Assembly: GCF_018977255.1 (NCBI RefSeq)
Contig: NW_024704742.1
Span: forward strand, 47,308,001 to 47,372,000
DNA from: Callorhinchus milii
Lineage: Eukaryota
DNA length: 64,000 nt
Direction: 5' to 3'
Shown: one piece after another, positions 52,175 to 64,000 of the stretch
Layout of the letters: each line of letters begins with the position of its first letter
Numbering within the stretch: the first letter of the stretch is position 1
The notes under the pieces: generated by a model
Told to the model about the DNA's origin: nothing
Databases searched by the model: none
The model's input: the letters and a program-made list of their open reading frames with translations, nothing else
Translations under genes and position numbers: made by a program

Positions 52175-53476
52175 GTATAAAATATAATTCCAGGATGTTG
52201 GACTTGCAGTGAGGCACTGGTCTAACACACTGTTTTGTGAGTGGCTGATTTGGTTATAATGTGCTTTGCTTCCCTCGCACTGACCAGCTCTGGCGCTAAA
52301 ATGGCCGACTTCTGGGTCATTGAGTTGCCGGTGGGGTCACTATCTGTTTACCGCACAAGTGCCCCACACAGGAAGTTGCGACAGCAAGAACCTCCTGACC
52401 TGGTCATCGTAATTTCCCTTGTGCTAAAAATGTCATTACCTCCCCACCAATGTTATTTCCTGCTTCGTGCATGACACGATGCACAAGATGTCTGTGCGGA
52501 CCTTGTGAGATTATCTTTTTTTTCACTCAGGAACTAGCCGGCACATGGCTTGCGAGCTGATTGTCTGCACCAACAAGCAGTGAAACCAGTTATTGTAACC
52601 CTGAATGAAGGGCGTTTATAATCATTTAATTACAGGTTGTTCTTGTTGAAGATTACTACGATTGATTGATTGATTATTATTTTGACTTGTACCTTATCTT
52701 GTCAACAAAACATCTCAAAACGCTTTTGCTGTCAAGTATAGTGACTGTGTATTTTGTAGGCCAAGGCGAATAGCTAATTCAAGCTCAACAATGACCCACA
52801 AATGCCCGTGAAGTAAATGACTCATTATATGGAGGATTGTTGGCCAGGACGTTGGAAAAAAGCTCGCTTTTCGTTTGAAATAATGTTGTGAGATATTTTA
52901 ACCTACACCTGAACAGGCAAATGGGACTGCAGTTCAGCTGGAGGACAGCACCTCCCGCACTGTTTTCAAGTGCCAACATGTACTATGAACTCAAGTCCCG
53001 ACATGGGGCTTGAAATCATAACCCTTCTGATTCAGAGGCGAGAGTGCTACCGACTGACGCCTAAAGTGCAGGTTGGGATTTTATGGGCCCCAAACGACAA
53101 CACCAACTTCTATTTATATAGCGCCTGTCATGCATGATAGTGTCCCAGAGCGCTTCACTATAATGGAGGGCTGCTGTATTATTTCTGGATAGCTTGCTTG
53201 CAATTGAGGCAGAAAGTATTGGCGGGGCTTCAGATCATACCCTGACACTCCATTGCAGTACTGGTGGGGAATTCTGCCTTGTAATCCCTATGCCACTATT
53301 CAAAGAAAAACAGAGTTCTCCTGATGTCCTGGACAACATTCATGGCAACTGGTTGGGCACCCAAGCGGTGGGGTGAGGGAAGATTCCAAAAGCGTGGAGG
53401 GGGTCAGGGACTCCAGGAAGGATTTCCAGAGTTTGGGGAAACTCTTATCAAATGTAAGGATTATTCTGTTTGTATC

Positions 53477-53668
53477 CATCCTCTGGAACTCCATCCCAGG
53501 GCCCCTCTGCCTCGTCCCCTCCCTTGCCTGTTCAAGGCCCATCTCAAGACCTTCCTTTTCGACTGTGCCTTCAATCATCTTCCCTCCTCCACTCCCCCTG
53601 CTCTCCACCCCTCTCTGATCCCATCCCATAGCATTGTCCAGTAATATAATTGCAATTTTTTTGTTGTT
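53477..53668 (+). mobile_element. L2 3' fragment
   Basis: LWNSIP / FKAHLKTFLFD remnant. Confidence 0.8.
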
Positions 53669-54674
53669 TGCCTACGTAACCAACCCCGTACTTCGAAGTT
53701 GCTCATTGTGTGAAACGCCTTGAGAAGTTGTAAATGTTTTGCATCAAATGCTATTATTTTTTGCTTCCTCATCATCTCGCAGGAAGATGTACAATTATTT
53801 GCATAGTAAATACTAAGTGGAGAATTGTAAAATTTCCCAATTGCCAATCATTCCATGGCAAATGTTCAAAAATTGCTTTCTGCAATCTGATCACCTTTCC
53901 GTGTTTATGAAGCTGGAAAATGCTCAAAACTGAATACGATTCTCATTTTAATACTTACTATAATAAGTAATTATATATATACATAGAATATATAGAGAAT
54001 ATATATTCTCATTTTAATACTTATTATAAGTATAAGTAAGGGCCATCGGAAATATTCTTCTTCTAGATTTTTCCAAAGATAATTATGAGCAATTATTTTG
54101 TTGAATCTTTGAATTTGTTCATTGCCTTTATTTAATATTATTTAATGGGTCACAAACTTGTTCTCATCGGCAATGATATGCAGGTCAAGTTATTACATGT
54201 GATGTAATGTGCACCAATGTTAATGTGAAGTGTTCTGTGAAGACGTGGGCTTTAGATCAATCTACTGAGTTCTATTACTGTTTGGAAGTAAACACACACG
54301 TCCACATACGTATCAGAAGTGATCGTCCTGATTCATGCTGTGTTTAGATTGTGTGTTGATTGACGGTTCACCACTAAGTTCAAGTCTTGGTTGAGCCAGC
54401 ACAAGACGGTCTAGAATCCCGAGCCTGACATCACCTGGACAAGGCGGGTTCAGGAGCAGTGTAATTCTCACCCAAAATGGTAACACGGCAGGTGCAAATT
54501 AAACTGAGCTCTTTCCCATTAGAAAACTGATTCTGGAGTTCTGTACACGCTGAGAAATAAGTTAGGACAGTTCAGCATTGAAAAGAGACATCTTTAAAGG
54601 ACCTTTTAGAGGCACAATAGCAGGAATGGTGCACATCTCCATGCTGACTATCCACATGACGTTTATTCCACGTA

Positions 54675-55107
54675 CAACAACAACAACAAGATTCCATTTA
54701 TAGAGTGCCTTTCACGTCAGGAGGACGTCCCAAGGCGCTGTACAGTTGGGTCAGGACCCGAGCAGGGGAGAAATGGTCAGGGTGAGGGGAGGGAAGGGAG
54801 GGAGCGAGGAGGGGGTAGAGAGTCGAGAGGGGAGCTGAAGGCACGGTCAAAGAGAAAGGTCTTGAGACCGGCCTTAAAGGAGGAAAGGGAGGAGGCGGCG
54901 AAGGCACTGGGGGATGGAGTTCCAGAGCCTCGGGGCTGAGAGGCTGAAGGCTCGGCCACCAATGGTAGGGCGGGGGATGTGGAGCAGACCGGAGCCAGAG
55001 GAACGGAGGGTACGGGCGGGTAGGTAGGGGGATAGTAGGTCGGAGAGGTAGGAGGGAGCGAGGCCATGAATGGCCTTGTAGGTGAGGATGAGGATCTTGA
55101 ATTCCGT
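54675..55107 (-). mobile_element. Young L2 3' fragment (same subfamily as 44359-45222)
   Basis: Near-identical to 44365-44800. Confidence 0.92.
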
Positions 55108-55353
55108 AGGGGCTCTCATGCAATAGTGCAATACGGACAAAAGAAAGCTTAGTTTGCTACACACAGTGAGACTGAAGTAGCAACATAAGGGACGCCTTTG
55201 AGCAATATTTTTACAGGTAATGTACAGTAGGCCAGAAGGAGAGAGAAATTTAGTCATACACGGGGAGAAAGTCAAAGCCAGAGAGAGGTAAAGTTAGAGT
55301 GGGGAAGAGCGTTGTCACACCATGGTACAACGGTGGCCATATATCTCCTGAAT

Positions 55354-55618
55354 TACTGTATTTTGTGGGTGAAATGTGACAGCCATTTGCGCACAGTAGT
55401 GTCCCACAAACAGTCATAGATTTTTTTTTGACGGCTTCTTACCCCTGGAAAGTGATCCGCCAATTGACTAACAACCAGGTTCCTACTCACTGCTAAGTAA
55501 ACAGAGCCGTGCGTGTGGAGTAAAGAAACTTGCCCAAGGCTTTGCCCTGCCTGGGAATTGAACACCATTTCCTCTCTTTTACCAGATGAGCACCGTAACC
55601 ACTACGCTACAGGACTCC
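55354..55618 (-). mobile_element. tRNA-derived SINE (long subfamily, tail missing)
   Basis: Head ...ctacaggactcc plus the internal block. Confidence 0.85.
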
Positions 55619-57038
55619 ATGTATGGTCCAAAGGGCCTTCATCTGAGTCAATCTTTCACCTCCAATTAAAGGAGAAGGGAAACATTTTCTGACCTGTATG
55701 TGGCACCTTGTGACTTTTACTTACACACAATTGAACTATTCGCACAAAATAATATTTATCACTTTGAAAGGAAAAACACATTTGAACCACAAAACTTATT
55801 CTGGTGGCTGGTAGATAGGTCCCTAACCGCCCTGGCCTGCTTTCCCTTGTGAACATTGGGGTGTGATATTCAGCACAATGCCAAGCTTCATATTACTTTT
55901 TCCATAGAAGCCTTCTTGATGTGCCAAAAATTGCAACAGATATTTTAATGTGTGAAACTTCTTGACCTAAATAAAAAAGTAACTTCATTATATTTCCCAC
56001 TGGTTAATAAACTTCATTTTCTCGCAAAACCTTTTTTTTCACATACAGCTGACGTTTGATTCCCACATATATGAAATGAATGTTTGCTTTGAATTGTCAT
56101 ACCTATTCAAATGAGCAATATAAATTTAGTGGAATAATCTTTTCTTCCTTTTTGGATGGTGAAAAGGGGTGGAGCAGGACTCCCGAGGCCCCTGTGGAGT
56201 TGCTTGTAGTATGAGTGATAGTTTTTAACATGGTTATCAAATTTACATTATTCAATTTTCTACTCCCTGTGTGGGTTTACAAAATGATTGGACAAGTTTA
56301 ATTCAAATATCTAGCACTAGAGGCTAATATTGCAGCTAGACTGAGAAGACAATGGTGTCTCTTCTCTGTCTAGCTGTCCTGGAGGAACAGAACCCTCCAG
56401 AGAGAGAGTCCGCATTTCACTAAAACACTCTCCTTGGAGGGTTCTGTCCTTCCAGAGACGGTCCGTATTCCATTCCAATAATTAGGAATTTCCATGTGTA
56501 GATGGGATGCATGGAACTCTCAGTTTGGTTTGCATACTCTTTAAGCACGGTGATGGGGTTCTGTTTGTGTCAGACATCGGCCGACCAAAAAAAAAAGTTT
56601 GGGTTAATTCACAGAATAGGATTATGGAACTGACGTTTCAGGTTTTACTGTAAAATGGGTCAAGAATTCAGTGGAACAGTGGTGTTTTGTTTTTCTTGGA
56701 ACCGGTAACTGACTTACCACGTCAATCAGCATCAGTGAATCAGCACCTTACAAAGTCCTGCTGTCATGAAAGGTGCCAGGTAAATGTCAATTTGTATTGC
56801 GTAACACGCATTCAAATGAAAATCACTAAAAAAAATTCATACCCTTTTTTGTCGAACATTTACAAACAGCAATTTTGAGAATCAAAATTATACTGCAGAA
56901 ATGTGGTTTAAAAATATGATTCAAGGATGCCATTTGTCATAAGGAAGTGAACCACTATCACCAGCAAAGTTGATTAACATTAAAGTTTTCATAAAGGATG
57001 TCATTTGCACTTGGAAGTAACCTTGCTGTTGTGTGCAG

Positions 57039-57215
57039 GTGTTTGACATGGACCTCTCCAAGCAGCTGCAAGCTTATGAGGTTGAATACCATGTCCTCCA
57101 GGATGAGATGATGGATTCTGCTCACCCCATGAACGATAATCAGCGAATGGAGAAACTGGAGAGAAGCAATAATTGCTTGCGCAAGCAAAATAGTGACCTC
57201 TTGGAGGAGCTTGAG
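57039..57215 (+). CDS. TBC1D1: TBC1D1 exon [23 protein letters not shown]...[12 protein letters not shown] (phase 0-0)
   Basis: gttgtgtgcag acceptor, gtacaa donor, 177 nt. Confidence 0.96.
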
Positions 57216-58120
57216 GTACAATGCTTGGATTTGGGTCAAAATTCCACCTACTTTTAGCTTGTAAATCTTCAATTTTTAGATCACTCGAACGGTGGAAAAA
57301 TTTTAATCTTAACTTCACTTTCTTTTACAATTCAGCATGATCTTAAAGATAAGATAAAATAAAATCATCGTACTGGCCAAGATGAGATGGAATTTTAGGC
57401 CTCGACATTTTAACGTTGAACTCCCAGATTGACTTTTGAGCAATGAATCTACCGTATTTTTAGATGCATTGTAAATCTGGGAATTTATATAAATTAACAA
57501 AACATTAGATGTTAATGTGGATGCATATATGTAAGGTCAGTCAAAGTAAGATAGTTACAAATCTTATCAGAATCTAGTAATACTTTGGGGAAGATAATAT
57601 TGAAGGGTATATGAAAGAGAAAAGCAGGATAATGGGACTAGAATGGATTGCTTTGGATGGGGGTGTGGTGCTGGCACCAACACAGATATGATGGGCTGAA
57701 TGGCCTCAATGTTCTAGCTAGATATGATGGGCCTCAATGTTCCAAACCTTCTGGACCATTCCCTGAAAGTATCCAGTCACTGTTAAGGTAGTTGTCAACA
57801 AGATGCATCCAATACTGAATTGTATCTTGGGAATATTTGAGTACAGCTAATCTAACTTAGGGGTCTTTTGTGTGCCTTGTGTAAAATTGTGTACAGACAG
57901 TTAGAAGTCCTTATGTAATATCAGTAAAATAATTTATTATTAGACACCAGTTCGCACAGTTATTAGGAAATCCAACGTTTTCTGGGGTCAAGACAACAAG
58001 AACAATGCAACCATAGAATTCATATTATATCATATTATAGAGATTTTAGTTCCAAGCGGGTGACATTGAACCTGGGCTCCATAACATGGGATGGGTTGGA
58101 TGAGATCAGCTGGAGTTCCT

Positions 58121-58485
58121 ACAACAACAACAAATTACATTTGTAAAGAGCCTTTCACGTCAGGAGATATCCCAAAGCGCAGGACAGTCAGGGATTTGGA
58201 CCTGAGCAGGGTATTAGGATCGGTGGGTGGGAGTGGAGGGCGGGGACGGTAGGGGTAGAAGGGTGACCAAAGATGCGGTCAAAGAGGAGGATGTTGAGAC
58301 GTGCCTTGAAGGAAGCAAGAGAGGGAGCAAGGCGAAGGGACTGTGGAATGGAGTTCCAAAGGATGGGGGCAGAGAGGCTAAAGACCCGTCCGCTGTTGAT
58401 GGGGCAGGCTGGGTGGGGACGTGGAGCAGGCCAGAACGGACCGGTCGATGTGGCGTTAGTAGGTCACAGAGATGGGAAGGAGCTA
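58121..58485 (-). mobile_element. L2 3' fragment
   Basis: (CAA)n, stem-loop tail, G-rich body. Confidence 0.85.
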
Positions 58486-58681
58486 CACTTGATGGTTATC
58501 CAATGATTTTCCCATTCAAAATTCAAAGCTATATTTGGAAAGTTTCTGACTTATAAAATGTTGTGTCACTTTAAATTACAACTTGCTCATTGCTAATAAG
58601 GGTACAATGGACTAAGGATTGTCAGAAGAATAAGCTATTTTGATGAATGCTTAAAATGTATTTTTTCTTGTGTATATCTAG

Positions 58682-58891
58682 ATAGCTCATGCAAAAATCC
58701 AGAACCTGGAAGCTACGGTTGAAGGCCTTGCGTCCAACGAGACAAAATTAAAGCAAGCCATTCGTACACTGGAGCTGGAGAGAGGGGCACTCCTTGACAC
58801 AGTAACAGACTTCCGAAGGCAGCTTCCCAACATTGCACCTTTTGATGATGGAACATTCTTTGAAGCAAATGAAAAGGAATGCAAATTCTAA
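58682..58891 (+). CDS. TBC1D1: TBC1D1 last coding exon IAHAKIQNLEATVEGL...LELERGALL...EANEKECKF*
   Basis: tgtatatctag acceptor; coiled coil resembling mammalian VANGRIQSLEATIEKLLSSESKLKQA; TAA at 58889-58891. Confidence 0.92.
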   Translation: MAHAKIQNLEATVEGLASNETKLKQAIRTLELERGALLDTVTDFRRQLPNIAPFDDGTFFEANEKECKF

Positions 58892-61205
58892 TGGACTTCA
58901 TGGAGGAGAAACCCTTGAATCTGAATGGTCCTGTGGTGGAACCAACCCAAACGTCTCCGGTTGACAAATAGGTCATCTGCTTGATTCAATTCTGAGTCCC
59001 AACAGACTCATCTTGTGTGCTAATGTAGTCATGCTATAGATCACTGGATTGTCATCCATTGCCAAAGGCAAATCAGTGGAAAGGTTCTTCTATACAAGAA
59101 TTGTATGGATTTATTTATGGCTGACTTAAAATCTAGTTTAATCTTGGCTCAGAAAGATCCATTCTTAGACACTAGATTTGAGTACATGTTTCAAAGCATT
59201 TTTCATACATGTCTTTGTATTAGTCATTCTTCTGGAGTAACTTAAATCATTGCAGTGTATTTTAATGTATATACCTTTTTAACTGCAGGGTGCACTTCTT
59301 GTCAAACTGTGAAACTCCTAGGGAGTCACTACATTTCAGAACATCTGGTAACAAGCTTTGTTTTTCTAAAGTTCTTTGCTATTTTATTTTAACTGAACAC
59401 TGGTTTTCCTCATCTATCCTCACTGCCTTCTCGCACGTAAACATTTATTTTTATAAGCAAATATTCTGGAATTTTCTTATGAATGCATTTACATACATTG
59501 AATTATGTCATGTTGTGATCACCATAATGGATGAAATGTTAACTGACCATTCTAGTTTTATCACTATCTCATAACAAAGGCAAATATCTATCCAGTTTGT
59601 TAGTTAAAGAAGCCTTTACAGATATTGATTGTGGGAAACATGCCAGAGTTTGCTGAAAACCATCCTGGGGACGATGAAAATAGAAAAATGTTTTGGTTCA
59701 ATGGTGGTTTTATCAGACGTAATCTTCCTTTCGCTTTCTCCACAATATGGAGAGTTCCGCAAGGATTTTGTGTGTCTGGTATGGAGTGCGCACACACACT
59801 CTTCCTCGACAAACATTAGTTAAGCCCTACCTAGCAATGGAATATCTGAACCAGGCCCATACCTTGTGCTGGTTAACTAATTCTGGAGAGTGTTGGCACA
59901 GGTTGGCAAGAGCCAAAGCTTGGGAATCCCAGAGTGTTCATTGGAGTACAACTGGAGTTCAACCAGCTAAAACCATGCGACTTGTCATTGTGAACATTGG
60001 CAAGCTTCCTGTTGTTTGTCTGGCTAGGAATAACTATTCATTAGGAATTCGGCTGGCAGGTTTAACAGCAGTCAAGTGGGAAGAATCCCAGCTCCCAGTT
60101 ACTCATCTGCTCCTCCACCTCCTACTAACAAGCCAAGCTGGCTGATCCGTCATGAACAGTTTCTTGTATTGCGACCTACTTGGCTGAGGAACTGGTCTAC
60201 TGAGACCGGCTTGGTTCAGATATTCCATTGCCAGGCATGTCATCTTGGAGCCAACTCAGCACCAAGGAAACCCTACAATATCTATCCCCCCCACCCTTAT
60301 ACAAAAGAATCAAATCATAACCAGTCCAACAGCTAAATGAGGATTTAAGGAGATGTACGACTGTTTGCCCGATGCAGATTGTACAGTTAAAAAAGGGTAA
60401 CTCAAACAGGGTGGAGATCAAGAGAAGTTATTTGACCTTAAGTCGTATGTAAATAAGCCGCCCCTGCGATGATTGTGCTATCAGTATGTGTTAGATAATT
60501 CCACTCCAGTATTAGTGTTTCGACGATCACTTAAAATCTGCAGGGGTTTCTTGTTCGGTTCAGCTTCCCTGTTGAAACATGAATATAAAGGAGTTTATGC
60601 TTGTGAGCGGTGATGAACATTTACATCTCCCTTTAGTTCACAGCATATGACATAAATACAGAAACATAAAATCTGTTTTTGGAACTTTATAAGGTGTAGC
60701 CACAAAGCATTGTTCGTTGTTCTGCTTTCGACTACAAATTCTATCACTATCATGCCCCAGTTGCTGGTCAAGATGTGGTAGAAGAAATGGCAAGAGGAAA
60801 TAAATCAGAAAAATAATTGCTTTTCCTCTCTCTGCCAAAATAAAATAGGGAAAACCACAATATATATTCAGTTCTGTGTAAAATTGTACTGAATTTAAAA
60901 AGTGGTCATTTTAAACGATTGTTTACATGGCAGCAAGAAGATTTAAAAGGATTTCATTAGTTACATCAAATGCGTATTCATCAACTGCTCTAAAATGTAG
61001 AAAACGGTGATCAAAACAAGTGACTGTTGTCACCATGGTTAAATTATTTTTTTGGGTGTCACTGGTTATCACACATTGCTTGAGAGTATCCAAACCAAAC
61101 TGTGTTTGACACATGTATGCTATCTACACATTGAAGATTCCCATGTGTCTGGAATTAAGTTTTTATTTGTCTCCACAGAAAGACACACTCTCCTTAATTA
61201 ATACA

Positions 61206-61548
61206 ATAATAAAATAATCCTTGCATTTGATATAGCGCCTTATCACATCTTCAAGACATCTCAAAGTGCTTCACAGAACATACTGTAAAGTGAATTGACT
61301 GTATTTTGTGGGCAAAATGCGGCAGACAATTGCGCACAGCTGTGTCCCACAAACGTTGTGGATTGAAGTGTCCAATTATTTTTTTAAAAAGGAGTTATTA
61401 CCCCTGGAAAAGCGATCCATCAATCGACTAACAACCGGGTTCCTACTTACTGCTAGGTAAACAGAGATGTGTGGAGTAAGGAACATTGCCCAACATTTCA
61501 CCCTGCCGGGAATTGAACCCAGGTCTCTCGCTTGGGAGGCAAGTGCTA
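61206..61548 (-). mobile_element. tRNA-derived SINE (long subfamily)
   Basis: Same structure as 3648-4003. Confidence 0.88.
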
Positions 61549-63749
61549 TTAATTAATCCCTGAAAATCCACCTTTTTGGTACCTTTTACCATGAGGGAGA
61601 AGTTTTTTTAAATGACTTAACCATATGGTTAAATTGTTTTTTTAAATCAATATGGTTCATTGATTGATTTTAACCATCATGATGGCAAAAATGTGACACC
61701 ATTGCAACTATTCATTTTTTCCAATTCCATTATCAGAATTCATATCCACTCTAAAACTGCAGTAAGAAATGAAATTCCTATTTGAATGTTAAAATATGAG
61801 GTATATATATACAACATACAATGTATACAACATACATTCGTTCAACATAAAATGTGCCTCCAAAGGAAATTGGAGTTCAAATTAAATGCATTTTTGAATG
61901 TATGAAAGTAGAACATTGTGTTGAGCTTTTTACAGATTTGTATTCGTGTTTTTTTTCAAGTGACTAGAAAGTGAATGTGATTTTAAAAATGCAGTCATAC
62001 CTTGTGCTAAATCATCATCTTGGGTTTTTGTATCTCCATCCCATTTTAGTAATCCAGCACACATCCAGAAAGTTATTTCCAATTTTTTTTAAAAAAATGC
62101 CATTGTTGTCAAAAACTAAATCTCAGAATATTTCAGTTAATGATGGTATTCAGAACCATTACGGAATAGTTCAATGTCATTGGCAAACCATGATGTAAGA
62201 TATACAGAAAGAAGCTTTTTGAGCCCAATCCACATTATGGCACAGAGACTTGGAGACTTCATATCAAAATACTTGAACTTCTTTCTTATGGTTTTAGACC
62301 TAAGCAAAATTATTTTACTTGTGCATTTTTTAGCCATTGTACACATACCTCATATTTTAACATTCGGAGAGGAATTTCATTCTAGGGATGTATATTGGCC
62401 AAGCATTGTAAAAGAGTACAGGAAACCAAGGCATAATTCCTTAGAGATTTACCTGAAAGGGTTGTTAATTTGTGGGTTGTGTTAATTAACTCCATGTAAA
62501 CGCATGAGAATTGCATTTAATTATGTAGTTGATGCATTGAGAGCTGTTTACAAAATCACCTATAATCCTTTTCATTGGTTAATTATGGTTGTTTCATTTG
62601 CTCTTTACATGTGGTTTTGCACATAGTTCAGACAACATGCAAATTAGATCCCAGAAAAGGGAATGAAGCCTCGGGAAAGGGAGCAATATCAGGTATTCTC
62701 CCCATGTTTCCTATAATTAAGTACAAAATGTTATCAAAATGCTGGTCTGAATCCTAGTGGTAGAGATTTCAGATAAATGTACACCCCAATAAGGATAAGA
62801 TGATTAACTGTGTTTTATTAGCCATTGGGATTGAAGTGCCTACTGATGATCAATATGGCCCGCACTGTTAAGTGCAAGGCGGAGCCCATAATACTGTAAT
62901 TCAAACAAGCAACATATTTTGGCCCAAAATATTAAAAACCTGTTAAAATGCGATTGTTATGGAATTGATGCCAATTAAAGTGGAAGATAATGGAAAACAA
63001 TAGTTTGCAACCCTACTTAATTCGGTCTGTTCAGCAGTTTAATGTGGGTAATACAATTAAGGCATCACCTCTACTGGTTCCAGTATTTATTTTATTCTTA
63101 GTGCTGCTTAGCCAAAGTTGTGATGCAACATAGAAGCTTCACATAATACTTCCTGATCAGAGGTCAAGTTGGGGAATGATGTTTTCAGTCTATTGATTGA
63201 AGTAGCACTCTTCTGAATGTATTATAACTAATAAAATTGTCTTTGTTAAAAAGGTACAGAAGTCTTCTTGTCCACATGGTATACTGGTATACTTTTAGTT
63301 TAGCAAAACATTTTAAAATGATTACTATTGAAACCTGACCAGAGACTGAATGTACATACTTTGTTAAAAATGAAAGGATAAATACGTAGTGAGCAGGTCT
63401 GAGAAGGTGCTAGATAGATAAATAAGTGTTTTCAAAATTGAGGCCCAGAGATACAAAAAATATAAGGCACCATTTGCATTCACCTAAACAGGCCCGCTCC
63501 AACTAACTGGTAATGTAACTCATTGTTTGATGTGCTTTGATGTGAACACGAGTGTGATAGTGTAGTGAATTCTTTTGTGCACCCTTCATTGCAACTTTAG
63601 TGCATCAATTCCAGTGTTGCGCAGAGCAGGAGCAAGCCATGCTGTATAGTTCTTGGCTAGTGACACACATTCAACATGTTCCCACAAAGCTCTGACAGTT
63701 TGAATCAGTTCATTGCGCATTGCATTTTATTATATTTAATTATTCACTA

Positions 63750-64000
63750 AAATAGAGTAGGGATAAACAGATCCTTCTCAGATTGGTGGGATGTGACTAG
63801 TGGAGTGCCACAAGGATCAGTGCTTGAGCCTCAACTATTTACAATCTATATCAATGATCTAGACAAGGACATAGAACTTAAAATATCTAAATTTGCGGAT
63901 GATACTAAGCTAGGTGGGAGAGTAAACTCTGAGGATGACACAAAAAGATTGCAAAGGGATATAGATAGACTAGGTGAATGGGCAAGAAGGTGGCAGATAG
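63750..64000 (+). mobile_element. CR1 LINE RT fragment running off the window
   Basis: VTSGVPQGSVLEPQLFTIYINDLD...SKFADDTKLGG...LQRDIDRLGEWARRWQ. Confidence 0.93.

Larger units (their letters stand above)
498..58891 (+). other. TBC1D1: TBC1D1 gene, 3' portion (15 coding exons in the window; 5' exons lie upstream of the window)
   Basis: The spliced translation resembles vertebrate TBC1D1 as I recall it (e.g. [53 protein letters not shown]) better than TBC1D4. Exon lengths sum to 2487 nt with consistent phases. Confidence 0.95.

Noticed and set aside
498..58891. Assignment as TBC1D4/AS160
   Set aside because: Diagnostic segments ([37 protein letters not shown]) fit TBC1D1 better
1..64000. CRISPR arrays, operons or prokaryotic systems
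   Set aside because: Eukaryotic intron-exon DNA; the repeats are dispersed retroelements, not regularly spaced arrays

Overview
Vertebrate genomic DNA, most likely a cartilaginous fish (inferred from the L2/CR1/Deu-type SINE repeat landscape; possibly a holocephalan). The window holds the 3' part of TBC1D1 (Rab-GAP, AS160 paralogue) on the + strand. I traced 15 coding exons with GT-AG boundaries and consistent phases, from 498 to the stop at 58889-58891 (2487 nt, 828 aa plus stop). They include the two muscle-type cassette exons, the calmodulin-binding helix, the complete TBC domain and the C-terminal coiled coil. Introns are rich in tRNA-derived SINEs, L2 and CR1 fragments, and one Penelope-type terminal fragment with a hammerhead-like core. 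I cannot confirm a new biological system. The best leads are: (i) a repeat-poor island in the 16-kb intron with a candidate alternative first exon or microexon and a possible nested antisense spliced ORF; (ii) a phase-symmetric, stop-free 504-nt three-exon block flanked by inverted young SINEs (circRNA candidate); (iii) an RBFOX-motif cluster behind the muscle exon; (iv) several hairpins and inverted repeats. All coordinates were read by eye and repeat boundaries are approximate.
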